Source: Bdellovibrionales bacterium (GTDB lineage Bacteria; Bdellovibrionota; Bdellovibrionia; Bdellovibrionales; CAYMLA01). Taken from it: DNA of 64,000 nucleotides. This document shows, one piece after another, positions 20,117-28,313 of the stretch (within the stretch, counting starts at the first letter, position 1; each line of letters starts with the position of its first letter). The DNA lies in the NCBI GenBank assembly GCA_965217115.1, contig OZ244239.1:1792001-1856000 (forward strand). The letters are read 5' to 3'. The position numbers were made by a program, and so were the translations under genes. The notes beneath the pieces were generated by a model. That model was given only the letters and a program-made list of their open reading frames with translations. It was not told the origin of the DNA and made no database searches.

Positions 20117-21814
20117 GTGGCTAAAAAAGTGAAAAAAACTATTCAAAAAAAATCGGTAAGAACAAAGAAAGCTTCATCTCGAGCAGTAAAAAATTCTTTG
20201 GAGAGGAAGTTTATCTTTGTGACGGGAGGAGTTGTATCCTCCATAGGTAAAGGTTTGGCGGCGGCGAGTCTAGCAACATTGCTAGAGGCGCGTGGGGTGA
20301 ATGTCACCATGATGAAATGTGACCCCTATATCAATGTGGACCCAGGGACGATGTCTCCTCTGCAACATGGAGAGGTTTATGTCACTGAGGATGGTGCGGA
20401 AACGGATTTGGATTTAGGTCATTATGAGAGATTTACATCGGCTCATTTGAGTCGAGCCAACAGTGTTAGCGCAGGGCAGGTTTATGAGAGTGTGATAGCT
20501 AAAGAGCGCCGTGGGGATTACTTGGGAGGAACAGTGCAGATAATTCCTCATATAACTAACGAGATTAAACGCTGTATTTGCAAGGCAAGCGAAGGGTTTG
20601 AAGTGATCATCGTGGAGATCGGCGGTACGGTAGGAGATATTGAAGGGTTGCCTTTTCTGGAAGCTATTCGACAGATGAGGGTGGATGTTGGTATTGAGAA
20701 TTCGCTTCTTATTCATGTAACCTATGTTCCCTATATAGCTGCGGCGGGAGAGTTGAAAAGTAAGCCTACGCAACATTCGGTTAAAGAGTTACAAAAAATT
20801 GGGTTAATTCCAGATTTTTTAGTTTGTCGCACAGAAAAAAAGATATCTAAAGATATTCGTAATAAAATAGGTCTTTTTTGTAACGTTAAAGTAGAGAATG
20901 TTATTGAGGCTGTAGATGCGACAACTATTTATGATGTGCCTTTGATGATGCACGATCAAGGTTTAGATATAAAAGTAACAAATAGATTGAACCTTAAAGT
21001 GAATAAACCTTCTTTGGCAGCTTGGAAAAAGATGGTCAATACGATTAAGAGCCCAAAAAATTCTCTGACCATTGGAATCATAGGTAAATATGTGGGGTTA
21101 AAGGAGAGCTATAAATCTCTACATGAGTCTCTTGTCCACGGAAGCATAGCTAATGAGGTAGAGATCAATATTGTGTATATAGATTCTGAAAAAATCAATA
21201 AGTCTAATGTGTCTCGTGCTTTAAAAGGTTTGCATGGAGTTCTTGTTCCAGGGGGATTTGGTGAGCGAGGTATTGAGGGAAAAATGATAGCTATAGGTTA
21301 TGCCCGTGAGAAGGAAATTCCATTCTTTGGAATTTGTCTAGGTATGCAGTTGGCTGCTATTGAGTTTGCTCGCAATGTGTGTGGTTTTAAAAAAGCTAAC
21401 AGTCGTGAGTTTTCTAAAACTCTTAAAGGGGAAAAGAGTTTTGTAATTGATTTTATGGAGGAACAAAAATCAGTTAAAGACAAAGGTGGAACTATGCGCT
21501 TAGGAGCTTATCCTTGTCATATTTCAGGAAAAACTCGCTTGTCCTCTATTTACAAAAACAAGGTGATTCATGAACGACATCGCCATCGTTTTGAGTTTAA
21601 TAATGATTATAAAGATATTTTTGCAAAAAATGGTATGTTAGCTTCAGGAATATGTCGAGAGAGAAATTTGGTGGAAGTCTTAGAGGTCAGTAAACATCCT
21701 TGGTTTGTGGGAGTGCAGTTTCATCCGGAGTTCAAATCTCGACCGACACAGCCACACCCATTATTTACTAGTTTTGTTAAAGCATCTTTAGCCAAGAAGA
21801 GAGGGCGTTTATGA
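20117..21814 (+). CDS. pyrG: CTP synthase
   Basis: GGVVSSIGKG, DLDLGHYER, GICLGMQ, QFHPEF. Confidence 0.97.
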   Translation: MAKKVKKTIQKKSVRTKKASSRAVKNSLERKFIFVTGGVVSSIGKGLAAASLATLLEARGVNVTMMKCDPYINVDPGTMSPLQHGEVYVTEDGAETDLDLGHYERFTSAHLSRANSVSAGQVYESVIAKERRGDYLGGTVQIIPHITNEIKRCICKASEGFEVIIVEIGGTVGDIEGLPFLEAIRQMRVDVGIENSLLIHVTYVPYIAAAGELKSKPTQHSVKELQKIGLIPDFLVCRTEKKISKDIRNKIGLFCNVKVENVIEAVDATTIYDVPLMMHDQGLDIKVTNRLNLKVNKPSLAAWKKMVNTIKSPKNSLTIGIIGKYVGLKESYKSLHESLVHGSIANEVEINIVYIDSEKINKSNVSRALKGLHGVLVPGGFGERGIEGKMIAIGYAREKEIPFFGICLGMQLAAIEFARNVCGFKKANSREFSKTLKGEKSFVIDFMEEQKSVKDKGGTMRLGAYPCHISGKTRLSSIYKNKVIHERHRHRFEFNNDYKDIFAKNGMLASGICRERNLVEVLEVSKHPWFVGVQFHPEFKSRPTQPHPLFTSFVKASLAKKRGRL

Positions 21815-22797
21815 AGAGTGAAAATATAAGGAAAGAGGCCATTCGAGTTTTAAAAATGGAGGCCGAGGGGGTTTTGTCTCTTATTGATCGGATTGATGAA
21901 AGCTTTGAAAAATCTGTTGAGATGATTTTAAATTGTAAAGGTAAGATTGTTGTTACAGGAATGGGAAAGTCAGGTCAAATTGGGCGTAAAATTTCCAGTA
22001 CAATGAGTTCGACAGGAACGTCGTCTGTGTTCATGCATCCAGCCGAGAGTGTACATGGAGATCTTGGTGTTATTAGCAATCAGGATCTAGTGATTGCTAT
22101 TAGCAACAGTGGTGAATCGTTGGAGCTTGATTACGTCGTGAAGTATGTTGTGCGTAAAGGAATTTCCTTGATTGCAATGACAGGTAATCCGGAGAGCACT
22201 TTGGGTCGGTCTAGTGATGTGGTTCTTAATATAGGTGTCGAAAAAGAGGCGTGCTCTTTGGGATTAGCTCCAACAACGAGTTCCACGGCGACATTGGCTA
22301 TGGGTGACGCATTGGCGATGACGGTCTTAAAGGCAAAGGGATTTCAAGAATCAGATTATGCTGAATTTCACCCTGGCGGAAGTTTAGGACGTCGCTTGCT
22401 AACACATGTGCAGGATGTAATGCATAGTAAAAGGGCGTTGCCATTAGTCCCTTTAGGGACACCCATGCGCGAGGTTTTTTCACTAATGACCTCTAAAGAG
22501 GTGAGGGGTGTTGCGGGAGTTGTTGATGCTCAAGGAGACTTGATTGGAATTGTCACTGATGGAGATGTGCGTCGGCTATTAGATAAGAAGGAAAATTCTT
22601 TTGATTGCAAGGTTGAAGAGATAATGGGACGTAATCCTAAAACCATCGATGTTCTTGAGATGGCAGAGAAGGCTTTGTTTATGATGGAGCAGTTTAAAAT
22701 ACTTCTTCTCTTTGTTGTGGACGGTAAGTCGTCGCAGCCAAGAAGTCCTGTGGGGATTTTGCATTTGCATGATTTGATTGATTCCAAAATACGGTGA
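21811..22797 (+). CDS. kdsD: Arabinose-5-phosphate isomerase (KpsF/GutQ; SIS + CBS domains)
   Basis: GMGKSG, HGDLG, APTTSST, FHPGGSLG. Confidence 0.95.
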   Translation: MKSENIRKEAIRVLKMEAEGVLSLIDRIDESFEKSVEMILNCKGKIVVTGMGKSGQIGRKISSTMSSTGTSSVFMHPAESVHGDLGVISNQDLVIAISNSGESLELDYVVKYVVRKGISLIAMTGNPESTLGRSSDVVLNIGVEKEACSLGLAPTTSSTATLAMGDALAMTVLKAKGFQESDYAEFHPGGSLGRRLLTHVQDVMHSKRALPLVPLGTPMREVFSLMTSKEVRGVAGVVDAQGDLIGIVTDGDVRRLLDKKENSFDCKVEEIMGRNPKTIDVLEMAEKALFMMEQFKILLLFVVDGKSSQPRSPVGILHLHDLIDSKIR

Positions 22798-22817
22798 TTG
22801 ATTTTGGCAGAGAAGGC

Positions 22818-22934
22818 GCTTTTTTAATGGACCTCCATTCTTTAGTTCAGACATGCGTTTGGCAGCGGCGCTCGCCTAAGGCGAGCATCGCACCAAGCCG
22901 AACTCACTAAAGAATAGAGGTCCATGAAAAAAGC
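22818..22934. repeat. 117-nt imperfect palindrome, copy 1
   Basis: GCTTTTTTAATGGACCTCCATTCTTTAGT...GCTCGCCT-A-AGGCGAGC...ACTAAAGAATAGAGGTCCATGAAAAAAGC. Confidence 0.9.
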
Positions 22935-22979
22935 TCTTTTTGAAAATCGCATGGGACTGGGGACAGCGGGGGGTAGAGA

Positions 22980-23154
22980 GGGAACAGCGAGGGGGACAGC
23001 GAGGGGAACAGCGAGGGGGACAGCGAGGGGGACAGCGAGGGGGACAGCGAGGGGGACAGCGAGGGGGACAGCGAGGGGGACAGCGAAGGGGACAGTGAAG
23101 GGGACAGTGAAGGGGACAGTGAAGGGAACAGTGAAGGGAACAGCGTGGGAACAG
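22980..23154 (+). repeat. G-rich 12-bp VNTR (GGGRACAGYGAR), ~15 units
   Basis: Counted 15 ACAG cores. Confidence 0.95.
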
Positions 23155-23404
23155 AAATAATCCTGATTTTACAGGAAAAAATGTTCTTAATGAATGTAAA
23201 GCCAAGTCTGAAGCCTGTAGTCTTGCAAGCACAACGATAATAGGAAGTGGTCTTATTTCTTGTGCCATTAAGAGCACTGCAAGAGTTGAGTAAATCTAAA
23301 ACTCTAGGTAAATAATCAAGCATTCCCCTTTGTAGAACGAAAGCTAGGGATTAACCGCTCAACGCTCCACAACTGGGATAGTTTTTAGCGTGACTCTAAA
23401 AGAA

Positions 23405-23698
23405 TTAGAGACATTCTTCTGGGGTCATCAATTTGTGCGTAAGAAGGAGGAATGATTTTTCCCTTGCATCTTCTTCTGACCTAAAACATCTAGCAAATGC
23501 CTGGCCATCATTAAGAGTAAGGGAAGCATAAACTATGCACGAAGGATCATTAGGTATACTTATATATTTTATCTTACTCTTGCAGATACTCCATTTATCA
23601 ACATCTTCTGATTCACAGCCTCCATTAGATTCAGCTAGGGTGGCTTCTCCAAATGAGAACATTAATCCGAGTACAAGCAGTGATAATGTCTTTTTCAT
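23405..23698 (-). CDS. Small secreted Cys-containing protein (array gene 1a)
   Basis: AGGAG RBS, MKKTLSLLVLGLMFSFGEATLA signal peptide, 5 Cys. Confidence 0.8.
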   Translation of the reverse strand: MKKTLSLLVLGLMFSFGEATLAESNGGCESEDVDKWSICKSKIKYISIPNDPSCIVYASLTLNDGQAFARCFRSEEDAREKSFLLLTHKLMTPEECL

Positions 23699-23929
23699 TT
23701 TTTTTCTCCTAATAATTGAGTATCGTTCTGTTTCCTTGGGAGATTAATTCTCCTAAATCTGACTGATACCGTTAATTTCTAAGGTTCTAGAGTACATATT
23801 CTATGCCATGGAGAAAATAGCTCAGACATCAATCTATCGGTAGTTGAGCTCTTTTGAGGTGTCTAGCCCCTAGCGTAGATTGTCAGTTTGGAGTTTTAAA
23901 AGAGGTTTTTCCTGGGTTCTTTCCCTTTT
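23699..23929 (-). promoter_or_regulatory. Conserved ~230-bp upstream/promoter module, repeated at 25827-26057 and 29357-29587
   Basis: Near-identical upstream of three array genes; contains RBS, TGGCAT-N5-ATGT (sigma54-like) and ACCGATAG (sigma28 -10-like). Confidence 0.6.
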
Positions 23930-23998
23930 TTGTGGATGGGAAATCGTCGCAGCCAAGAGATCTTGTGGGGATTTTGCATTTGTATGATTTGATTGATT
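23930..23998 (+). repeat. Duplicated 3' end of kdsD, copy 2 (with a 20-nt deletion at its end)
   Basis: TTGTGGATGGGAAATCGTCGCAGCCAAGA...GATTTGATTGATT matches ~22715-22783. Confidence 0.9.
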
Positions 23999-24012
23999 TT
24001 GGCAGAGAAGGC

Positions 24013-24129
24013 GCTTTTTTAATGGACCTCCATTCTTTAGTTCAGACATGCGTTTGGCAGCGGTGCTCGCCTAAGGCGAGCATCGCACCAAGCCGAACTC
24101 ACTAAAGAATGGAGGTCCATGAAAAAAGC
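24013..24129. repeat. 117-nt imperfect palindrome, copy 2
   Basis: Near-identical to 22818-22934. Confidence 0.9.
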
Positions 24130-24174
24130 TCTTTTTGAAAATCGCATGGGACTGGGGACAGCGGGGGGTAGAGA

Positions 24175-24287
24175 GGGAACAGCGTGGGAACAGCGAGGGG
24201 GACAGCGAAGGGGACAGCGTGGGGACAGCGAAGGGAACAGCGAAGGGGACAGTGAAGGGGACAGTGAAGGGAACAGCGTGGGAACAG
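24175..24287 (+). repeat. G-rich 12-bp VNTR, ~10 units (some 11-mers)
   Basis: Counted 10 ACAG cores. Confidence 0.9.
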
Positions 24288-24537
24288 AAATAGTCCTGAT
24301 TTTACAGAAAAAAATGTTCTTAATGAATGTAAAGCCAAGTCTGAAGCTTGTAGTCTTGCAAGCACAACGATAATAGGAAGTGGTCTTATTTCTTGTGCCG
24401 TTAAGAGCACTGCAAGAGATGAGTAAATCTAAAACTCTAGGTAAATAATCAAGCATTCCCCTTTGTAGAACGAAAGCTAGGGATTAACCGCTCAACGCTC
24501 CACAACTGGGATAGTTTTTAGCGTGACTCTAAAAGAA

Positions 24538-24828
24538 TTAGAGACATTCTTCTGGGGTCATCAATTTGTGCGTAAGGAGGAATGAATTTTCCCTTGCATC
24601 TTCTTCTGACCTAAAACATTTAGCAAATGTCTGGCCATCATTAAGAGTAAGGGAAGCATAAACTATGCACGAAGGATCATTAGGTATACTTATATATTTT
24701 ATCTTACTCTTACAGATACTCCATTTATCAACATCTTCTGATTCACAGCCTCCATTAGATTCAGCTAGGGTGGCTTCTCCAAATGAGAACATTAATCCGA
24801 GTACAAGCAGTGATAATGTCTTTTTCAT
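24538..24828 (-). CDS. Small secreted Cys-containing protein (array gene 1b, paralog of 23405-23698)
   Basis: Differs by 3 substitutions and one codon deletion. Confidence 0.8.
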   Translation of the reverse strand: MKKTLSLLVLGLMFSFGEATLAESNGGCESEDVDKWSICKSKIKYISIPNDPSCIVYASLTLNDGQTFAKCFRSEEDARENSFLLTHKLMTPEECL

Positions 24829-24916
24829 TTTTTTTCTCCTAATAATTGAGTATCGTTCTGTTTCATAAGTAGGCTATTTAATAATGAACCAATACTCATG
24901 TTCCAATAGATGAAGA

Positions 24917-24947
24917 AGGCAGGTTTTAGATAGTCTAAAACCTGCCT
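24917..24947 (-). terminator. Hairpin terminator downstream of array gene 2a
   Basis: AGGCAGGTTTTAGA-tag-TCTAAAACCTGCCT perfect stem. Confidence 0.75.
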
Positions 24948-24956
24948 ATGATTATT

Positions 24957-25826
24957 TTATTTTTTCCCTACTCTTGCAGCAGTCTTTTTGGGGTCTATCT
25001 TAGTTTGAGAGTTAGTTTTCTGGTTTACTACATTACGCACAACTCTTCCTTCTCCCTTAGCTAGATTAACTATCTTTTTTATAAGAGAAAGATCTCTAAA
25101 ACGTCGTTTAGCGAGGTGGTCCCGCCCTTCTTCATATAGTTCATTTATAATATTAGCATCAGAGTCACGAAATCTAGTCGATATACTCAGAAATCTCTCT
25201 ATTTGTGCCTCTGTTGGCTTTCCATCCACAAATAATTTGAAATACTCTTTCAATATATGCTCCCATACAGCATCTACTTCAACACGCTTTACACGATCGA
25301 TCTCAGTTAGAGCAGGCCAATTTTTTGGTGTTGTTTTAAACTCCTTCTCAGAATTCGTATTCACCATCACTTCTTGCGCTTCTGCTGCTAATCTATGCAT
25401 AATAAGAAACCTAAGTTTACGAAAGTTATGCGATATATCCAGAAATCTTCCCTTTTGTTCTATGTTTGGCGTTGTCATCAAAAATGATCTGAGATTCTCT
25501 TTCAATATATGCTCCCACCCAGCATCTACTTCAGCACGTCTTACACGATTGATCTTAGTTAGAGCGAGCCACTTTTCTGGTGTTGTTCCCAACTTGCTAA
25601 AGACTTCTTGTGCAAATTCTGACATTGCAGAAGTATAAAGCGCGCTCCCGTGGATATACTTAGCTCTTTCACTTCCGAAGAACGAAGAAAATACTGTTTT
25701 AGCCTCTCTCTCATTTGTTACTAGAACCTTATCTTGACCCTCGCCATATGGTATAGATACAGCTAGGGTGGATTCTCCAAATGAAAACATTAATCCGAGT
25801 ACAAGCAGTGATAATGTCTTTTTCAT
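24957..25826 (-). CDS. Secreted protein with internal repeat (array gene 2a)
   Basis: Same signal peptide as 1a/1b; TTP..W.ALT.I.RV.R.EVDA.WEHILKE occurs twice. Confidence 0.8.
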   Translation of the reverse strand: MKKTLSLLVLGLMFSFGESTLAVSIPYGEGQDKVLVTNEREAKTVFSSFFGSERAKYIHGSALYTSAMSEFAQEVFSKLGTTPEKWLALTKINRVRRAEVDAGWEHILKENLRSFLMTTPNIEQKGRFLDISHNFRKLRFLIMHRLAAEAQEVMVNTNSEKEFKTTPKNWPALTEIDRVKRVEVDAVWEHILKEYFKLFVDGKPTEAQIERFLSISTRFRDSDANIINELYEEGRDHLAKRRFRDLSLIKKIVNLAKGEGRVVRNVVNQKTNSQTKIDPKKTAARVGKK

Positions 25827-26057
25827 TTTTTTTCTCCTAATAATTGAGTATTGATCTATTTCCTTGGGAGATTAATTCTCCTAAATCTGACTAATACCGT
25901 TAATTTCTAAGGTTCTAGAGTACATATTCTATGCCATGGAGAAAACAGCTCAGACATCAATCTATCGGTAGTTGAGCTCTTTTGAGGTGTCTAGCCTCTA
26001 GCGTAAATTGTCAGTTTGGAGTTTTAAAAGAGGTTTTTCCTGGGTTCTTTTCCTTTT

Positions 26058-26140
26058 TTGTGGATGGGAAGTCGTCGCAGCCAAGAGATCTTGTGGGGAT
26101 TTTGCATTTGTATGATTTGATTGATTCCAAAATACGGTGA
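26058..26140 (+). repeat. Duplicated 3' end of kdsD, copy 3
   Basis: Matches through the stop codon (…CCAAAATACGGTGA). Confidence 0.9.
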
Positions 26141-26160
26141 TTGATTTTGGCAGAGAAGGC

Positions 26161-26277
26161 GCTTTTTTAATGGACCTCCATTCTTTAGTTCAGACATGCG
26201 TTTGGCAGCGATGCTCGCCTAAGGCGAGCATCGCACCAAGCCGAACTCACTAAAGAATAGAGGTCCATGAAAAAAGC
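26161..26277. repeat. 117-nt imperfect palindrome, copy 3
   Basis: Inner stem perfect here: GCGATGCTCGCCT-A-AGGCGAGCATCGC. Confidence 0.9.
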
Positions 26278-26322
26278 TCTTTTTGAAAATCGCATGGGAC
26301 TGGGGACAACGGGGGGTAGAGA

Positions 26323-26491
26323 GGGAACAGCGTAGGAACAGCGAAGGGGACAGTGAAGGGAACAGTGAAGGGAACAGCGTGGGAACAGCGAGGGGGACAG
26401 CGAAGGGGACAGCGAAGGGAACAGTGAAGGGAACAGTGAAGGGGACAGCGAAGGGAACAGTGAAGGGAACAGTGAAGGGGACAGCGAAGGG
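26323..26491 (+). repeat. G-rich 12-bp VNTR, ~14 units
   Basis: Counted 14 ACAG cores. Confidence 0.9.
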
Positions 26492-26657
26492 TGATTGATT
26501 TTGGTAGAGAAGGTACTTGTTACTTTAGTTACAAATATAGTGATCTCGAAGAGTATTGTTGAAAATGAGTTGACAAGTAATCGAGGTAGTTAGGAAAAGG
26601 GAACCCGCACATTCTCTATTGAACAAGTTCTGAACAAAGCCTCTAAACTACCGTATT

Positions 26658-28202
26658 TTAAGTTTCATTGAGAATATTTAATAGGATCTTTTTTTCAAAG
26701 CCGAATATATAAAATCTATGAAGCATTTTAAGGTAATCTTTTGATTGTTCTTTCTCCAAGGCCATTACCTTAAAAGAGTTAAACACATCTAAGAAATTCT
26801 TAGAGGCATTTATATCATCAAAAATATTTTTTAATATTGGGTATTGAGAAATTTTATCTACGTTGTTGAATTCATTTAAACCTGTTTTAGAAACTGCTGT
26901 TGATAAATATTCATACTCATTTTTATAAAATTTTACAATTTCATCTAATGTGTGTAAAAAAGATTGTTCAAATAAAATCAATTCTTGACGTAGTTCTTCC
27001 GTAGCTACTGTATTTCCTGACTTCTCTCCTAGCTCAATCTTTGCTTTAGTCGATTGAATTATGGATTCTAAGATAAACAGTGTCTCAAAATGTATAGACA
27101 TTATTTTATTTTCTGATTTTGAATTTTTTGGATAATGAAGCATTGGTGGCATAGGTTGATTTTTTTTAATAACAGTACTTGCTATTCTAATAACCTGTTT
27201 TCTTACCTTAAACCCGAAACCCTTAGTGTCGTGTCCAATTCTCCAAAACGCATGCCTAGTTGATTTAATTCCCCTTGTAATTTGATTCTTATATTCGTGA
27301 GGTATAAATAGAGATAAAACTCCACCAGAAACTCCAAACATCATACCTGCAATAGTGCCAGCTCCAGGAAACAATGTCGTTCCAACAACTCCAGCTGTAA
27401 CCATAGAAGTCACTAAAGTAACAAACTCACCAGTGGCAATTCTCTTTCTCCAAGCATTATACAGCCAAAGATTTCTTAATTCATGATTATGCCAAAGAAT
27501 CTTCATCATATTATTAAACACGACCTTAAGAACTCTCCAGTCATCTGCGGAATCAGCTGTGTGTAAAAAAATGCCATATTTAAGTGATCTTCCCAGCAAT
27601 GTCCCTAGCCCTTGAGCTTTCTGATAATCTGATTCATCTTCAATAAGCTCTACTGCCTCAGTATATAATTGCCCACCTAACTCCCAGCCAATAAAAGTGA
27701 CAAAAGTACTAATTCCTGCTTGTAAAAATTTTTTAAGCATTCCATTGGATGTTCCATTTTGTATCAGTGAATTGATAATTTGCAGTGGTTTTGCTGATAT
27801 TCCAGAGACCACTCCAGCTCCGATCAAACTACTCCATATTTCACCAGAATTGACAACATGTCCTGCCGCTTCTTTAATATGAGAAGCAAGAAGGTCCTTA
27901 TCAATTGTTTCAAGTGTTAAATTTGATTGTTCGACATGTTGTCTCACTAAATCAACACCAGTTAATATCATAATAAGCAATATGGCTTGGCCTTGATGGG
28001 CTAACACATTATTTGTATATCTGTTGCTCGCTCTTGTAGATTTACGAGCGGCCTTCTTAGTGAACCTTGCTGCTCTCCAACCACCATAATTCAGAGTAAT
28101 TTTTTCAAGAAAACTTTGACCCTTAGTTGGTGTGTGAATTTGAGCTTGGGACTGATGAGACAGTAAGGTAATAAAAATAAGTATCTTTATAATTATGTTC
28201 AT
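26658..28202 (-). CDS. Hypothetical exported protein with glycine-rich hydrophobic helices (array gene 3)
   Basis: 514 aa, GAGGGG RBS, signal peptide ending SQA, AGVVGTTLFPGAGTIAGMMFGVSGG segment. Confidence 0.8.
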   Translation of the reverse strand: MNIIIKILIFITLLSHQSQAQIHTPTKGQSFLEKITLNYGGWRAARFTKKAARKSTRASNRYTNNVLAHQGQAILLIMILTGVDLVRQHVEQSNLTLETIDKDLLASHIKEAAGHVVNSGEIWSSLIGAGVVSGISAKPLQIINSLIQNGTSNGMLKKFLQAGISTFVTFIGWELGGQLYTEAVELIEDESDYQKAQGLGTLLGRSLKYGIFLHTADSADDWRVLKVVFNNMMKILWHNHELRNLWLYNAWRKRIATGEFVTLVTSMVTAGVVGTTLFPGAGTIAGMMFGVSGGVLSLFIPHEYKNQITRGIKSTRHAFWRIGHDTKGFGFKVRKQVIRIASTVIKKNQPMPPMLHYPKNSKSENKIMSIHFETLFILESIIQSTKAKIELGEKSGNTVATEELRQELILFEQSFLHTLDEIVKFYKNEYEYLSTAVSKTGLNEFNNVDKISQYPILKNIFDDINASKNFLDVFNSFKVMALEKEQSKDYLKMLHRFYIFGFEKKILLNILNET

Positions 28203-28273
28203 TTTTTATCCCCTCAATTTCATAAGTAGGCTATTTAATAATGAACCAATACTCATGTTCCAATAGATGAAGA

Positions 28274-28304
28274 AGGCAGGTTTTAGATAGTCTAAAACCT
28301 GCCT
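28274..28304 (-). terminator. Hairpin terminator, identical to 24917-24947
   Basis: Same perfect stem. Confidence 0.75.
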
Positions 28305-28313
28305 ATGATTATT

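Noticed and set aside
22980..23154. CRISPR array
   Set aside because: Contiguous tandem 12-mers with no unique spacers, and no cas genes in the window
22876..23323. ORFs with (CPPR)n, (SLSP)n and (GTAR)n repeats, and equivalents at 24037-24456 and 26283-26498
   Set aside because: Products of the 12-bp VNTR; reading frame is not conserved between copies because 11-mer units shift it
23854..24105. 83-aa plus-strand ORF containing VDGKSSQPR..VGILHL
   Set aside because: Only the duplicated kdsD tail read in frame; no convincing start or RBS
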